A DNA stretch of 64,000 bases from Amoebophrya sp. A120 (Eukaryota; Protista; Dinoflagellata), in assembly GCA_905178155.1 (NCBI GenBank), contig CAJINV010000005.1, positions 1,638,438-1,702,437 on the forward strand, given 5' to 3'. The notes under the pieces were generated by a model that made no database searches, was not told where the DNA came from, and saw only the letters and a list, made by a program, of their open reading frames with translations. The translations under genes and the position numbers were made by a program. Shown piece by piece: positions 47,260-59,929 of this stretch. Positions within the stretch are counted from its first letter, which is position 1, and every line of letters begins with the position of its first letter.

Positions 47260-49486
47260 TTACATCCAACTCCATTCCGCGAGCAGTTCCTCGTCGTCGG
47301 AGAACAGGTCCTCGCTGTCCAGAGTGCACCACCCGTCGTCCAGAAGAAAATAGTCGTCTACCTCCTGCTCGTCGTCTTGTTCTACTTCTGCGGAGGGTCT
47401 TGATGACGAGGATCCTTCGACCTCCTGCCTGCTCTTCTGCTCCAGAAGTTCAGCTCCGGCAGCTGCATGTAGTCCATTTAGTGCATCACCAAGATCTTCG
47501 GTTGTCTTTTTAGTTCCTCTTGCAGCAGGAGCAGCTCCATCTTCCTCCTGAACCATCAACCCCTCGTCGTCCGCGTCGTGGTCTGCCGGCGCAGCAGTTA
47601 GAGCTTTAACACGCGTTAGCATGAGACGTGGTGAGTCTCTAGTGAATTTTGCATGACAAATAGCAGAGGAGACTGCCGGGACATTGTCCCTCTCGCCCTT
47701 CTGGGAAGAGCGCTCTGCACACCGCAGAAGGAACTTGCAGGTTATGCGGCGCGCGGGCAGCTGGACATGGCCTGGGCGTCGTTCTTTGGCCATGTCTTTT
47801 CGTCTTCCTGTGCTTGCAAAAGAGCAAGCACTGCAGCACCCGCGGCAAAGACGCCAAAAACAAGAGCCGCGAAGCACATACAGTTTAGGCAAGATGAAGG
47901 CGCGAAGGCAAGGGTGAAATGACCAGACCGGGAGCTTTGACGCGTCTATCCGGCAGGCGCGTGAACTCTCCCGGCCTTTTCGGCAGAATATAGCTGGGCT
48001 GAGGGCAACAGAGGGCGCCTGTCTTTTCCCCTCGGCCCCACTTCCCAGGGCCTATTTGCGGACTTTCTTGAGCACTTTTCTGCGCTAAACTTTGCTTATC
48101 ACGGTCGAAAAGTGGCGCTCGGTGACTTTTGGGGTGAATTTTGAAAAGGGCGCCGGTGAGTTTTGTCCTCCGGCTCCTGTTCAAAATTCGCTAGCGCGCG
48201 AGAAACTCCGGGTTTTGGGGCTTCAAAGAAGTGTCGCAAAAACAACAAGCCGCAAAATTCACCAAGAGAATTCTTGACCTAGGAGCCACGTCGAAAGAGA
48301 CTTGCTCCGGAGGCAAAAACACACCTGGGGAGCTGTAAGCCGAGCACAGCAGGCGAAGCAAGCTAGTGCCCGCGACCGAGTCGCGACTTCCCTTCCACGC
48401 GAGGCTACTCCCAGATATCCAATTATTTTAAGCCACGATCACAGCTCATGAGAGCGCACGCGTTGAACTAGTGCCCCTGTGTTCAGGCGTCGCCCTCCCT
48501 TTCGACCATTCCGGAGAGGAACTTCTGAGGCAGACGCGCAGATGAACAAGAGCCCCACAACCCACCCTCTTTGGTTACATATGCACTACACAGTCCGGGC
48601 GGCGGGCCCCATCAAGACCTACCACTACTTCTTTCGGTGCTGCAAGTGCCACCTGGCGCCGAGCAGCCCTTCACGCTGCGTGAGCTGCTTGGGCTCGTGT
48701 CCAGCCCTTTACGCAGCGCACTTCTCTTTTGAAGTAAATGCAAGTCATGCAATACAAATTCACTGGAAATTCATCCCTCTGTATGCTAACGACCGTCCAA
48801 GGCATCAACCCCTCGTCGTCCGCGTCGTGGTCTGCCGGCGCAGCAGGAGATGCAACTCGACTAGTTCTTGTAGTACGACCGCTGTTTTCTTCTTCATCGC
48901 CGGGTGCGCGTCCTTCACCTTCCGCAGTAGTATCAGCAGCTATCTCTTCCGGAAGGTTCATCTTCGCGCACGCAGCGGCATTGACAACAGGGTAGTCATG
49001 ATTCTCGTCCGTCGCAGCAGTTGCCGCTACTCCCGCCTTCGAGCAGAATGCTCGACTTATTGTTGAACTAGTACGCCTACAATCTTCACAGCGATCCCGT
49101 TCTTGATCATGCTCGGGCGCTACATGATCTTGGTCCACCTGGTCGGCTTTATCTTCACACATGCTGGTCTTGTCGGTCTCCGCGGCTCCACCTCCTACTT
49201 TCTGCTTCTCCTGCTGGACACCCACGGACTGTGCGCTTGTTTGTGTCGCTGCAACTTCGCTCGAGGCATTATCACTATCTCCCTTCACTCCCGGACCGAA
49301 CGGTTTCCACCGCGGACAGAACAGCTTCCAACAGATCGGCGTGTTCTCTTCGAACAACGGCTCCCCACTGGCACTGAGCAGCTTCGGCTTCGCCTCGCGC
49401 GACTCCGATTTCCAGGAGCAGCCCGGGCACGGACGGAGGTGTTTGAACCGGCACTGTTCATTTTCCCCTTCGTCGAACGAGGTCAT
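47260..49486 (-). CDS. Hypothetical 325-aa acidic protein with Cys-rich N-terminus, interrupted by a 1.2-kb insertion
   Basis: Deleting 47598-48802 plus one copy of the 44-bp repeat fuses ORFs 48671-49486 and 47260-47892 in frame (978 nt). Confidence 0.55.
47598..48802. mobile_element. 1,205-bp insertion with degenerate TIRs, flanked by a perfect 44-bp direct repeat
   Basis: Repeat at 47554-47597 = 48803-48846. Both ends carry CGTTAGCAT-N18-AGTGAATTT...TGCATGAC in inverted orientation. Confidence 0.65.
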
Positions 49487-50873
49487 GGATCCTGGTTTGT
49501 TTGAGATGAGAATATTGCAGAAAAATCGAAATAATATTTATATGTTGGCAGCGTTGCTCTGCATTCGTATCACTTATGTATGATGCAGTAGTTGCAGTCA
49601 ACTCAACGTCGATCTCGATATGTCAGAAGTATAAATGAAACTGAGAAACAAGATCCACTTAGTTAGTACCGTCGTTGTCGTCCTCTCCTTGTTCCTCATC
49701 CTTCACATCCCCGTTCTGTTGCTGCTTCACATCAACATCTTCCACATTTTCTTGTTTGACAAGAGCTGCGCCGCACAGCGGTTGCGTGAGCCAGACCGGC
49801 TGCTTGCTGCAGTCCACGCCAGGCATTCTCTTGGGCTTGATTGGTGACGATACGGCCTGTGACGTATTTTTACCTAGTAAAGAAGAACTACCTTGCAACG
49901 GGAGTACCAGATGCCATGTCACAGATTTCGATGCGGAGGAGCATGGTTGCTTTATCAAAACTGTTGCAAGCAGGCACTCGGACTCGCGTATCTTCGAGCT
50001 TTTCAAAAAATCGGTATCAGGACCGCGTCCACTAATGAAACTAAACAAAGAATTTCAACATCGCACATGAATTTCTGTTTCTATTTCTTGTTCTGGTGGC
50101 CAAAGAGATCCTCGTCTTCCAGTTAATAGAGAATGCTGATTTTTACCGCCGCTGTCGATCGACGATGTTGGTTTTTAGGCATCAAAGACAAGACGAAATC
50201 GAGCAAAAAGCGCATTTTCTTTCCAATTCCATGTCCGAAGAGGAAAGAAATCAACACATATACAAACATATACAGAAAACGAAGCGATCGACGACATGGC
50301 TCCTCAGGGGACGAACGACGACAAGCGAATCCTTGATCTAAAACGATATTACTACTAGTAGACTAAATAACTGGAGTTGTTCGACTACGACTTATTCCTT
50401 GTTTTATAATAATTAGGACCGTCCTGAAGAACCGAGGCTTTCGGGAATAAATCAAGAAAAACTTGCACAGCACCCGCAGAGCTACGTACTCGACTACTTA
50501 CTAGAAGTAGCTGCTTTGTCAACATGTACCACTACTACATAGATGAGCCAGATGAAACTGCCTACGAAATAAAACAAGCGCTGAAAGTGGCACTACTATG
50601 AGCGCTGCACTTTCTCAGCCGTGGGGAAGATATCATGATGTACCGTGGGGAATTTGTTATTTTCCAATGGTGTGCCACTTGTTCGCTCTGGGTGATGCTG
50701 CGCGTTCAATCATGATCAGGCGAAAGAATTCACCTGTGAAAAATCACCGACCCGTGGTCTTCGAGCGTCTCTATCTTTACTAGGCCGCAGATCATCATGC
50801 TGCAGCTCTACCTCAGTACGCGTAGGATTGCTCCACATAACTCCGCAACTCCCCCAGTCGTTGCTCGTACGTC

Positions 50874-53800
50874 TCAGTACGCGTAGGTATGGCAGTGGGA
50901 AATACTTTTTTCCGAAAAACTTTTTTTTTTTGCTACATATGGGTCACCCACCGCGGTTAGGAGATAGCTTGTTGGCGGCGGAAATCAATTGCGTAGCAAC
51001 AACGCCCGCCACGGTGTTCTGAGCTCGGTAGCCTGAAGGCAGAAAGATGGCCGCATTGGTGGCGCACTGCGTCACGGCTTTGGGTCCGTCATGGCCGGCG
51101 TAGATGTCGAGCAGCCAGCCCCTGCAAAGCTGCCGGCTTAATGACAGCAATACGCGGCCACCCCAAAGCCAGAGCGAGGTGCTGCGGGCTGGAGCCAACA
51201 ATAGGCCCACGCCCCAACAGGCGAAACAGGCGCCCGCGCGTAGCCTTTGAGTATATTCAAAGCCATGCGCGGCATTGCCGGTGAAATTGATGCCGCGGCC
51301 GCGGCGCTCTTCCGGCCTTGGATCTCCGGGGGCATTTCTTCGCGCCGGCTGTTTTGCACGGAGGCCAGCAGAGTTCCCTCCTGGGCTGCAAAGCGATATC
51401 CTCTTGGGGTGCCCCCGAGGGGTCCCCCAAACCCCCCCTCCTTTGGGGCCTCTTCAGAGAGCTACTCCCCCTTGATATCTCCACGAAAGGGGGTCCCCCA
51501 AACCCCCCCCCTCAAGGGGGGGGGGGGCCGACCCCGCTTTTCGTTTGCGCAAGTTTGCAGATTTTCATAAGATAGTTCTTGAACAGCCACAGCGCGAATC
51601 CGGGCAAGGCGGAGACTTGCACTGCCTGGCCGGGAATAAATTCAAGGGCGCCGAAGGTGTCAGCCTATCCTGTATTTGCCGCGGGGGGCGCTTCCAAAGC
51701 TAGGGCGGGCCATGCCTCGAGGCCGTCCGCGTTTCAAACTGTCGCTTCTAGGCGAACCAGTCAGAATGTCGCTGACTTACCCTGAAACCCCTGCCCATAC
51801 ACCAAAGCCGCGGCAGAGGCCTCGCGTGTCACGTACCTTGAGGCCACACCGCCAAGGACTGAATCCATGGCCGCGGCTGCTCCTGAGGCCACCTCTCTCC
51901 TGCCTTCCGGGTAGCTAGCTAAGTTCTAGGCGGCATCTCTACGCCTATGCAGATCTGTTCTGCGCGTGCCGGCTTGTGTACGTATGAAGTGCCGTAAAAT
52001 CATATGTAGCGAAAAAAAAAAGTTTTTTTGAAAAAAGGATTTCCCATTGCCATAGTAGGATTGCTCCACATAACTCCGCAACTCCCCCAGTCGTTGCTCG
52101 TACGTCTGCGCAATGTGCAAGGCTAAATGGTCGCAGACGTCTGCTTATGCATCGCAAAAGCAGGTCTGGGGCTGCAAGGAAGTCGTGGTGCGCAAATCTC
52201 GTGAATGTTGATGAACGCACTAGTACCATATCCATAGTCATCTTCAAGCATGACGAGAAAGTTATTTCATGATAATGCGACTTCGTCTTTGCATCACACG
52301 CAGAAGGACCTATTTTTTTTCATGTTGGAGCACATCGATCATGGCGCATCATTGAGAGTGAAGCTTAAGATAAGGTGTGGGTGTCTGTGAGACGAAGTGG
52401 TAAGACTGACAATTCCTGCAATCTTTCAGACCCAGACATGTTTACGCTCGCTACCGCCAGACCACTGTTATCCATGGCGGAGATTCCGAACGTATCCGGT
52501 GCAAAAGCATCGTACTGCAACTTGGAACTGCAGAACAGCAATACAAAATCAAAGCTACTGTCAGACTCAGACGCCTTCATCCTGCTCCAGCATTTCAAAA
52601 AAATTTATGATCCGCTTTTCTCACTGACGTAGAAATTCTCGTGATGCAAACAAGAGGAAGTCGTACGATATCATATTACTTTTGCAGTGCATAGAAGGGG
52701 ATCAGCTGCAAGTCCGGGCGGTTGCGCATAAAATCACTCTGGTCCTCCTCTGAAACTCGCCTGCAGGTAGACGAGTCGTTCTTGTTCGCGACGAGGCAGA
52801 TACAGCAGGGTATTTGGCCCTCGACGGCCTTGTCGATGGAGGGAAGGAACTGATCAGGAATGCATTGCAAGCACGTCTGGCTCTGCCTTTCGGAAGAAGC
52901 TCATGCATCCAGCGGGACATACAAAAATCCTTGCTGCGTGAGCAGGAGCGAAAGAAACCCTCAATACACCCTGCTCACGAAATCTGTGATGCAAATGCTG
53001 AGACTTTTTGTAAGCAAGAAATTGTGGGGCTGCAAACTGCTCTGCAAGGCAAACATCTTTCTAAGTACTTCATCTGCACTGCTCCACCAGACGCAGACCC
53101 AGACACATTTACCTTTGATATGAAGTTCCCTCAAACTATCCGGATCGGAGACGTCGTACGTTATCCACTGCAAATATCGATCTGGGTCTGGAAATTTGTT
53201 GATTCTTGGATGAGTGAAACACTTTCAAGTGCGCCTAAGCATGGGAAAACGCTTCCTCACATGTAGCTCGCATACGGGATGGAATTACAAAAAGAACGAC
53301 AAACTTCTAGAAGAACAACTGCGATTTATTTGCATGGCAAAGAAAGCTTCGCGTTTGATTTCGGTTAGATTTTGATTTTTTTCCGGAAGAAATCAACCGG
53401 GTGCTCGCTTCTTTAGGCGAGCGAGTGACTGTTGTACGTGCTAATTGAGTTCCTGAGAGTAAGTGGCAGGCAAGCTGTGTTTCAACAATTTGCCACCAGA
53501 ACTTGACTAAAAAACACCCGTTTTGATGTCGAACAGCCAAGACTGGGGAGTTGCCTCGGAAAAATTGCACCGGGATGCTCTTAGTCCTTGGCTTCAGGCG
53601 GGACTTGCACTACCTCCTCATCCGTGCTAGTCCTACCAACCTCCGCGCAGCCACGAGGTCCAAAACAAGCCGCCTCTGCTTGCCCTTCCTCGTGTCCAAC
53701 AGGCTCCTCAAAGCTGGCAGGTCCTAAGAGAGCCTCCTCTGCTCTCCCTTCCTGTCAACACCGCCGCAGCCGAGGCTTTAGCGATGGCACGCAAACGCCA

Positions 53801-54938
53801 CCGGGAAACACTGGAAAACACGAAGTTACACCCAGCATCGCCCAGTTGCCTTGCCCCTAAACCCTTTACCCTACCCTGAAACCCTTGCCCCCCCCCGACC
53901 GAGATTTTTAATAAAAAAAAAACCCAAAAGCTATTGACCCTTTTTCCCTGCTCTCCCCCCCCAAATGATTTCCCTTAGCCGGCTCCAGAGCACAGAGCGG
54001 TTAGGGCAGAGATTGTTGTGATTCTGTAGGAGGAAAAGCGCTAATCTAATCTACTTGCGTCTGTCGAATATCTTTATCTTAGATGCTGACGAAGTGCATC
54101 TCTCAGCGATAAAGAAAAACTATAGCTTTTCTATCTCTCAAGCGAAAACTATAGCTATTTCCGGAAGAAATCAAATACAAGGCAGGCATCTCAACTCGCA
54201 CTTTCCAGACGACCCAGACACATATGCAATGCGTATACATCAGGACAAAGCAACTTGTGCCCTTGCAGACCGAGTCCACCGTTTGCGAGTGTGCGACAGT
54301 GTTCGTTTGTGTATCCGTTGCGCCAGCGATGTTTCTGTGAAATCCAGTGGTAGAACTAGAAGTAATTTCGCAAAGCAGAAGTACTAGGTACATGCCTTCA
54401 GCTTCTTGTCAGGACGTAGATCAGCGTCGAGATACTTATTTCCTTCCAATTGCATGCGCCATGTATCATCTTGAGTCCTCTGTCATGCAAATCCTCGATG
54501 TGGTTGACATTAGCAGCACTACAGACGAAAATACCCGCCACACTCCTGCAGGTGCAGTTCGACCTGAATATTCCGGTCCGGAAACGGAACGACCTTCACC
54601 GTGTTCCTTATCCTGATGAAAAAAGTATACTCACCCAAAAGTTAAAATCCTCAAGATGAAAACAAATACAAAACTGATGTGCGTGACAAAAATATAAAAC
54701 ATTTACTTTTACATTTTGTGCATGCAGACTCTGATTCGCATCATGGCAAGAATCATTGAGTGCAGGAGGTGGGTACATTTTTACAAAGGATAGTCTCTCG
54801 CCCCAGAGTGACGTTGTACGATCTCGGAAAGCTCCCGTCGCCGAGCACTTCTCGGAAGGCGGTTTTCCCGACTTTTGACTTGCCCAGAATCGCCACTTTG
54901 CCACGAAGGACCAGAGGCGGACCGAATTGCGCGGCCAT
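50874..54938 (-). CDS. IFT27: IFT27/RABL4-like small GTPase (intraflagellar transport), multi-exon
   Basis: LRGKVAILGKSKVGKTA; VVPFPDRNIQVELHLQECGG; CFVLMYDVSDPDSL; CLVANKND; C-term HIAQTYEQRL with no CAAX. These match recalled IFT27 features. Confidence 0.78.
50888..52054. mobile_element. 1,167-bp TIR element with introner-type termini (non-coding)
   Basis: TAT...ATA; ~55-bp TIR (TATGGCA.TGGGAAAT...GCTACATATG); perfect DR GTAGG; GC-rich interior with G/C runs; no transposase ORF seen. Confidence 0.88.
52146..52453. mobile_element. Degenerate introner, family C
   Basis: DR CTGCT/CCGCC; removal gives SGLA|DVCDHL. Confidence 0.72.
52493..52693. mobile_element. Degenerate introner, family A-like
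   Basis: DR GAACG/GAAGG; removal gives LIPF|GISA. Confidence 0.75.
52859..53120. mobile_element. Degenerate introner, family C
   Basis: DR TCAGG/TGAAG; removal gives LREL|DQFLP. Confidence 0.68.
53162..54235. mobile_element. Expanded (1,074-bp) family C introner
   Basis: Family C ends; DR TACGT/TACAT; removal gives CFVLMY|DVSD. Confidence 0.75.
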
Positions 54939-56055
54939 CTTCTTGAGGGTTTATTTTCTGTCAGAGTTGTCAGTAGAGTGAGGACATGTTGAAAAATTCC
55001 ATCATGTGCCTTGCTTTTTAAAGTGTAAACTTCACTTCTTTCAAAGGAGCGCTCTTTCTCTCGTATGTTATGTATGTTGAGGCTCCTGAGGAGCTTGAAA
55101 TCGGATAGAATATTTGCATTTCATTCTCCACAATAAATCAGCACCACGCAACCAGTTGACAATGATAGCGGCCGCAGTACAGCTTTCGCATGCGCTTTTT
55201 CTTTTTGTTTCTCCTTACATTATCCCTCGCACAAACGACATCAACACAGTACTTACTCACTCTCGCTCTGCTTCGGACCATTAATATCATAGATAGTACA
55301 AGTTCAAGCACTCTGCTCTGGAGCAGATTGCGGTCGATCTAAAAGAAAAACTAAAACACCAAATAGCGCGTAGCCCAATAAAGAACTGTAGGTCGGGGAC
55401 CCAGGCGACCTCGCCTGTTGCGGTTTGCAGCTTTCGCTGCAGAGATGATCCGTTGTTCTTCCGTATTCTTTGTTTCTTTCCAAATCCAACACGGGTAGTT
55501 GTGTGCCAGTTCAGTAGTTTACAGTTTAAGAAAAAAGCTCAAGCGATCATTTTCCAAAAGGGTGCATTTGCTAGATGATACTTCATGCCGCCCGGGTGCG
55601 TTTCCAGCTCTAACGATTCGCGAAGCGGCACGGTGATGAGAAGGGCTACACGACGCCTGCGTTGCTCCTCCTCGCCGCATCCACTGAGTACACCAGCCGG
55701 AACTGGCTGCTGAATCGGCGGTGCATACCGTCATTTTCAACGCACCAGAAGCAATTTGTTGCAAGAATCATAATCAAACGGTTAAAAGATTAAAGGTTCA
55801 TCTCTTCACCACACTGAGAAGTGGGTTGGGTTTCGTCCTTCGATTTTGCTAATAAATGGTTAAGAAGTTGATGAAGTTTAATGGTTCATTTTCTTTCTGT
55901 TTCTGTTTCATTTAAATTCATCCTACAAACAGTAGATAATAAATAGAAATAGGAATAAGCAGCCAGAAGACGTCGAGTTTTCTTTTCCACAACATATCAA
56001 TATCAAATGATAAGCTGCGAAACAAGAAAAGCTGCACGACCAAGCATGCCTATCT

Positions 56056-59000
56056 TCACGAGTACTTGAACGGGTGCACGTATGCATTGCAAATATGTCT
56101 GGGTCTCGGAAGATGCAGACCTGTGATGCTGGTCCTGGTGCGCATTCCAGTTCACATCAAAATGAATCTCCCATGCCTGGCGGGCACATCAAAAGACAAA
56201 AGTTATAGACTTTTTGCCGCCTAAAGAGGATACTTCTAAGTATATGCGGGTTAGGCGTTGACCACCAGTACTTAAGAACCTTCTCAGGGCCCATGGTGCT
56301 AGGGTTTTCATGCCAGGCCTTGTGTTGCGCGCAAAAACTGCATGGAAATGGCAAACGTCTGCACTCATCCAGACCCAGAGATATTTGCAATCCATAGCAC
56401 CACGTTGTTCACAATGTCGTACTTCACTGACGGGTTTGTGATGGCTAGCCTGGGTTCCCTATCAGAGTGCACTATTCCCCTTGGTTCCCCTCATTTGCGA
56501 TGCAAAAGGCAAAGTCCACCAGGCCTTGCATTGTTCTCCTAGTTGATTTTGAATTAAATAAAAAAATTTGCCAGCAGTGTTTGCATGACAAGCTTTTGCG
56601 GCATAGCCCAGACACGACAGTGGCACTGCAGTTATGTCATGTCACACAAAGCCTTTATGGAAACTGCTGGTGTTCTTAGTCTTAATTGCATTGCTATTCA
56701 TGCCCTGCAATGATTAAAGGGGAGAAGGGGAAAGTTGTGCACTCTCATATTTCCGGTAATAGCTGTCGTGCCGGAAGAGCTTGTCTTCGGACGAGTAATT
56801 ATTGTTTTTTCTCTGCTATGCATCGCAAAAGTATCGCAGTCGCAATAGTACGAAAAGTTGCATTGTGCATCATACGAATTTTCTCAAAATGATATCCGCC
56901 ATTTCTAATGCTGCTTTCGGTTTATTGTTATTGTTCCCATATGAAGTGGAAGATTTGTCATGCAGTAAGAAGTATTGCAATTGCAATTGACAACATTCCG
57001 AGTGCGATACTTTCTCTTTCGCGCAGGATAACAGCACTGAGAAATCGTAGTTCGGTATCCTGTTGTAGATGTAGTGGCGATTCTCAATCGAGAATGATGT
57101 CGTGTCGCCGTGCCGTATGCAGATTCAGTAAAGAGGTTCTTCATTTTCATCAAGCATCATCCTGGGCATGGAACATCTTCAGACCTAATTTCCCGGATCG
57201 ATTCATCTTGCTTTTCATATTTATTCATTAATCAACATCGAATGACAGTGTGGCTATCGTAGTAGGTGCTTACTTACCTTTGTTTTGACTTGTAGATCTG
57301 CTGGCTAATGAGGTCTTGTCCCGCTGCAGTCGTGTGCACCGATTGCGAATACGTGTTGGCCGTCTTGCACTTCGAAAACGCTGCGGACTGTAAAAAATTC
57401 AAGCATCACGAAAGAGATTTACGATTTTCTTCCCTAGGTGTGGTTTGCTGTGGATTTGTGCTTTAGCTTTTGTTGAGAGCATGAATGAATAACAATCAGA
57501 ATAAACTGTGTCAGACACTAGTAGCATCATCTCATTCTCAACTTCCTCGTCTTTTCGTCCTGATACAATTCATTCTAGCGCATTGTATTTGTAGCTGTTG
57601 TCGTTGTGCTCCTATACCTACGAAAAAAATCCATAGGTACCTCATTCTGCACTTGCCTCCAGTCGGGATACCTCACTCTAGGTTGTATGGACAGAAAAGT
57701 TGCGGTTGGTGTTGGTCACAATCAAAACTAATTACTGCAGCTTTTGCATCAGAACTTTTTCCAGCGCAAAAATTTTTTCTCGTATTGATTGCAGGAGAAA
57801 CACAAAGGAATGAATCTTCGCGTTCTTCATCCTATAGGACTATACTGCTCTGTTGATGCATTTACTCTATGCATGGCAGACATTCACATTTTTCTAGTGC
57901 GAAAATGCCAACGAGTGACCGTGACAAACTTTAAACTTTTTTTGTTGGATACGTTGTGTTCGCGCACTACTTCTCGCCGATGAAGCATCGGACCTTGTTG
58001 ATATGGACGCCTCAACTGGAGCATCAATCTCATCCATGTGGAACAAACTGTGATGCAAACAGCGGATAAAAATCTGTCTGGCTTGTACTTGTTCCAGGGG
58101 GTAGGTGTTCCGCATGACAAATGTAACAATGCAGCAGCTCATCATCTTCTTCTTCATCATCAAGCCGCATTACAATTATCCGCACAAGTACAAGCTTTGT
58201 CATGCAAATCGGGACCGAGCAGGCTCGGCTTTTTTTACCGTTTATGCCGCTAGTAGACAGGTCTGGACGTTTTGAATTGGTTGTAACAACTTCGGCTCAC
58301 ACAATGTTTAGCCCTACCTTGTTCCAGTTGTGCGACTGTTCTAGCTGAGTAGCAGGGCATAAATGAGTACATCACCTTTTCCAAGTACTCGCTCTTTGAC
58401 CGCGTCCGCGTTGCATTCACTTTGTCGTCCTGATAGAAAAGCGGTATGAATCAATCTTTTTATTCGATCTCCCACAACCACATCATGATGCAAATATGAA
58501 TACACGATCCACTATCTCATGCGCCGAATGCGAAGCAAAAGCAGGTAAGCAAGACTTTAATCCTGCACATCAACAACAACATGCACAGTTAGAGAATTTT
58601 GCCATTTCGCGGCGAGTTCGTTTTAGATGTCGACCTCGTGGCTCAACAAGCGGAACTAGATGCAATACAAAGTGAAAGTTCAAGAATTGCGGTATAATGA
58701 AGAATCAGACCCCTGCAGTAGCCGGGGCTGCGAAGAAATAAGCAGAGTTGTAATGCGAATACCACGTCAGTTAAATTTCTCCTGTTCGGCCTGGGTGAGC
58801 CGTCAGGCCTGAGTTCGTGCCTTCTGCGCTGAAAATCCCCGAAGTTCTGGTGGTTCTCCAACTGCGCCAGATGGAGCTCCAGCCTGCGGCACTCCTTGTC
58901 GGCGACTTTTGGATGCTCGTCCAGTATCGAATGCAAATATCGATCTGGCTCTGGAAATTTCTGATGAAATTGTCGTGTGGGTGGAAAAAAGCAGCCGCAG

Positions 59001-59929
59001 CCCTCTCTCGAACTCGTAGAGAGTCACGCATGGAAAATGTTTTGAACGGCTAAGCATGTCGTACGCGAACACGACTAAGTAAACGGCATGACGAGCAATT
59101 ATAGCATTTTATCATGACAAATCAAACAGGCGGGGCTTGAATCGCCATAGATCATAGGCAAGATGGGTTTTTCTCTCCTCCTGTTAGTGTTAGCCCAGCC
59201 TGACAGACCTTGCTTTCTATCTACTTCCAGGCGCAAACATATTTGCGATGCATATCCAGAGCGGTGAGGCAGTGCTTCACCGGCTCACGCGGGTCCCTTT
59301 TGAAGAATGAGTTGTTGATGTGTCTTAGTTGTTCATCATGTCCTTTGAAGATGCCACAGAGAGACAACGTGCGAGCATCCGCCTGCAACATGAGAAAGTC
59401 TGGCTCTAGTACAACTTCTACCCCTGCCCAACAAGAAGGTCGTGGTCAAGAACACGCATCAGCGAAAATAAACTCTGTACTTACCTTGGAAAGGCCCGTC
59501 TCCTCTGAAACCATTTGTTCGTCGTTCGATTGCCCTTATGAATTGCAAATATGTAGTCTGGTGGTGGCTCGAGGAACGGCGACGAGCAAATTTATTGTGT
59601 TCGATTTCACGCATTCAAAGATCTGGCAAGCATGAGCATGACCGGATAAAATTTGCAGGACAAAGTGTTATCTTGTTCCCATCCCCGACATCACGATACA
59701 TTTTGCATCTTCGTTGATAGCTCTTGTCTACAAAGTGGTCGTTGTTCCGCAGCTGCCGGAGGTAAATCTCGTCGGACTCGCCGTTGTTGACTATGTTCCA
59801 GTTGTGCCCACCCAGTCGCGCCGCGATCGCCTTGTCGTTGGCCGTTCCCACACATCGCTGCTCGTCGTAGTGATTCAAACTACCCTCCAGCGTCCGCTCC
59901 CGCAGCGCGTCGTTTTTCGCGGACGCCAT
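56056..59929 (-). CDS. Hypothetical multi-exon protein
   Basis: First exon MASAKNDALRER...; exons joined via introners (TAL|DEHPK; YYRK|PRLAITNPSVKYDIVNNVV|HPFKYS*). The middle exons are not resolved. Confidence 0.55.
56081..56396. mobile_element. Introner, family C
   Basis: TAT...ATA; DR GCACG/GCACC. Confidence 0.85.
56460..56749. mobile_element. Introner, family D
   Basis: TAT...ATA; DR TTCCC/TTTCC. Confidence 0.82.
56817..57030. mobile_element. Degenerate introner, family A-like
   Basis: TAT...ATA; AAAGTATCGCA IR; DR matches at 3 of 5 positions. Confidence 0.65.
58925..59254. mobile_element. Introner, family C
   Basis: Perfect DR TCCAG; in frame. Confidence 0.85.
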
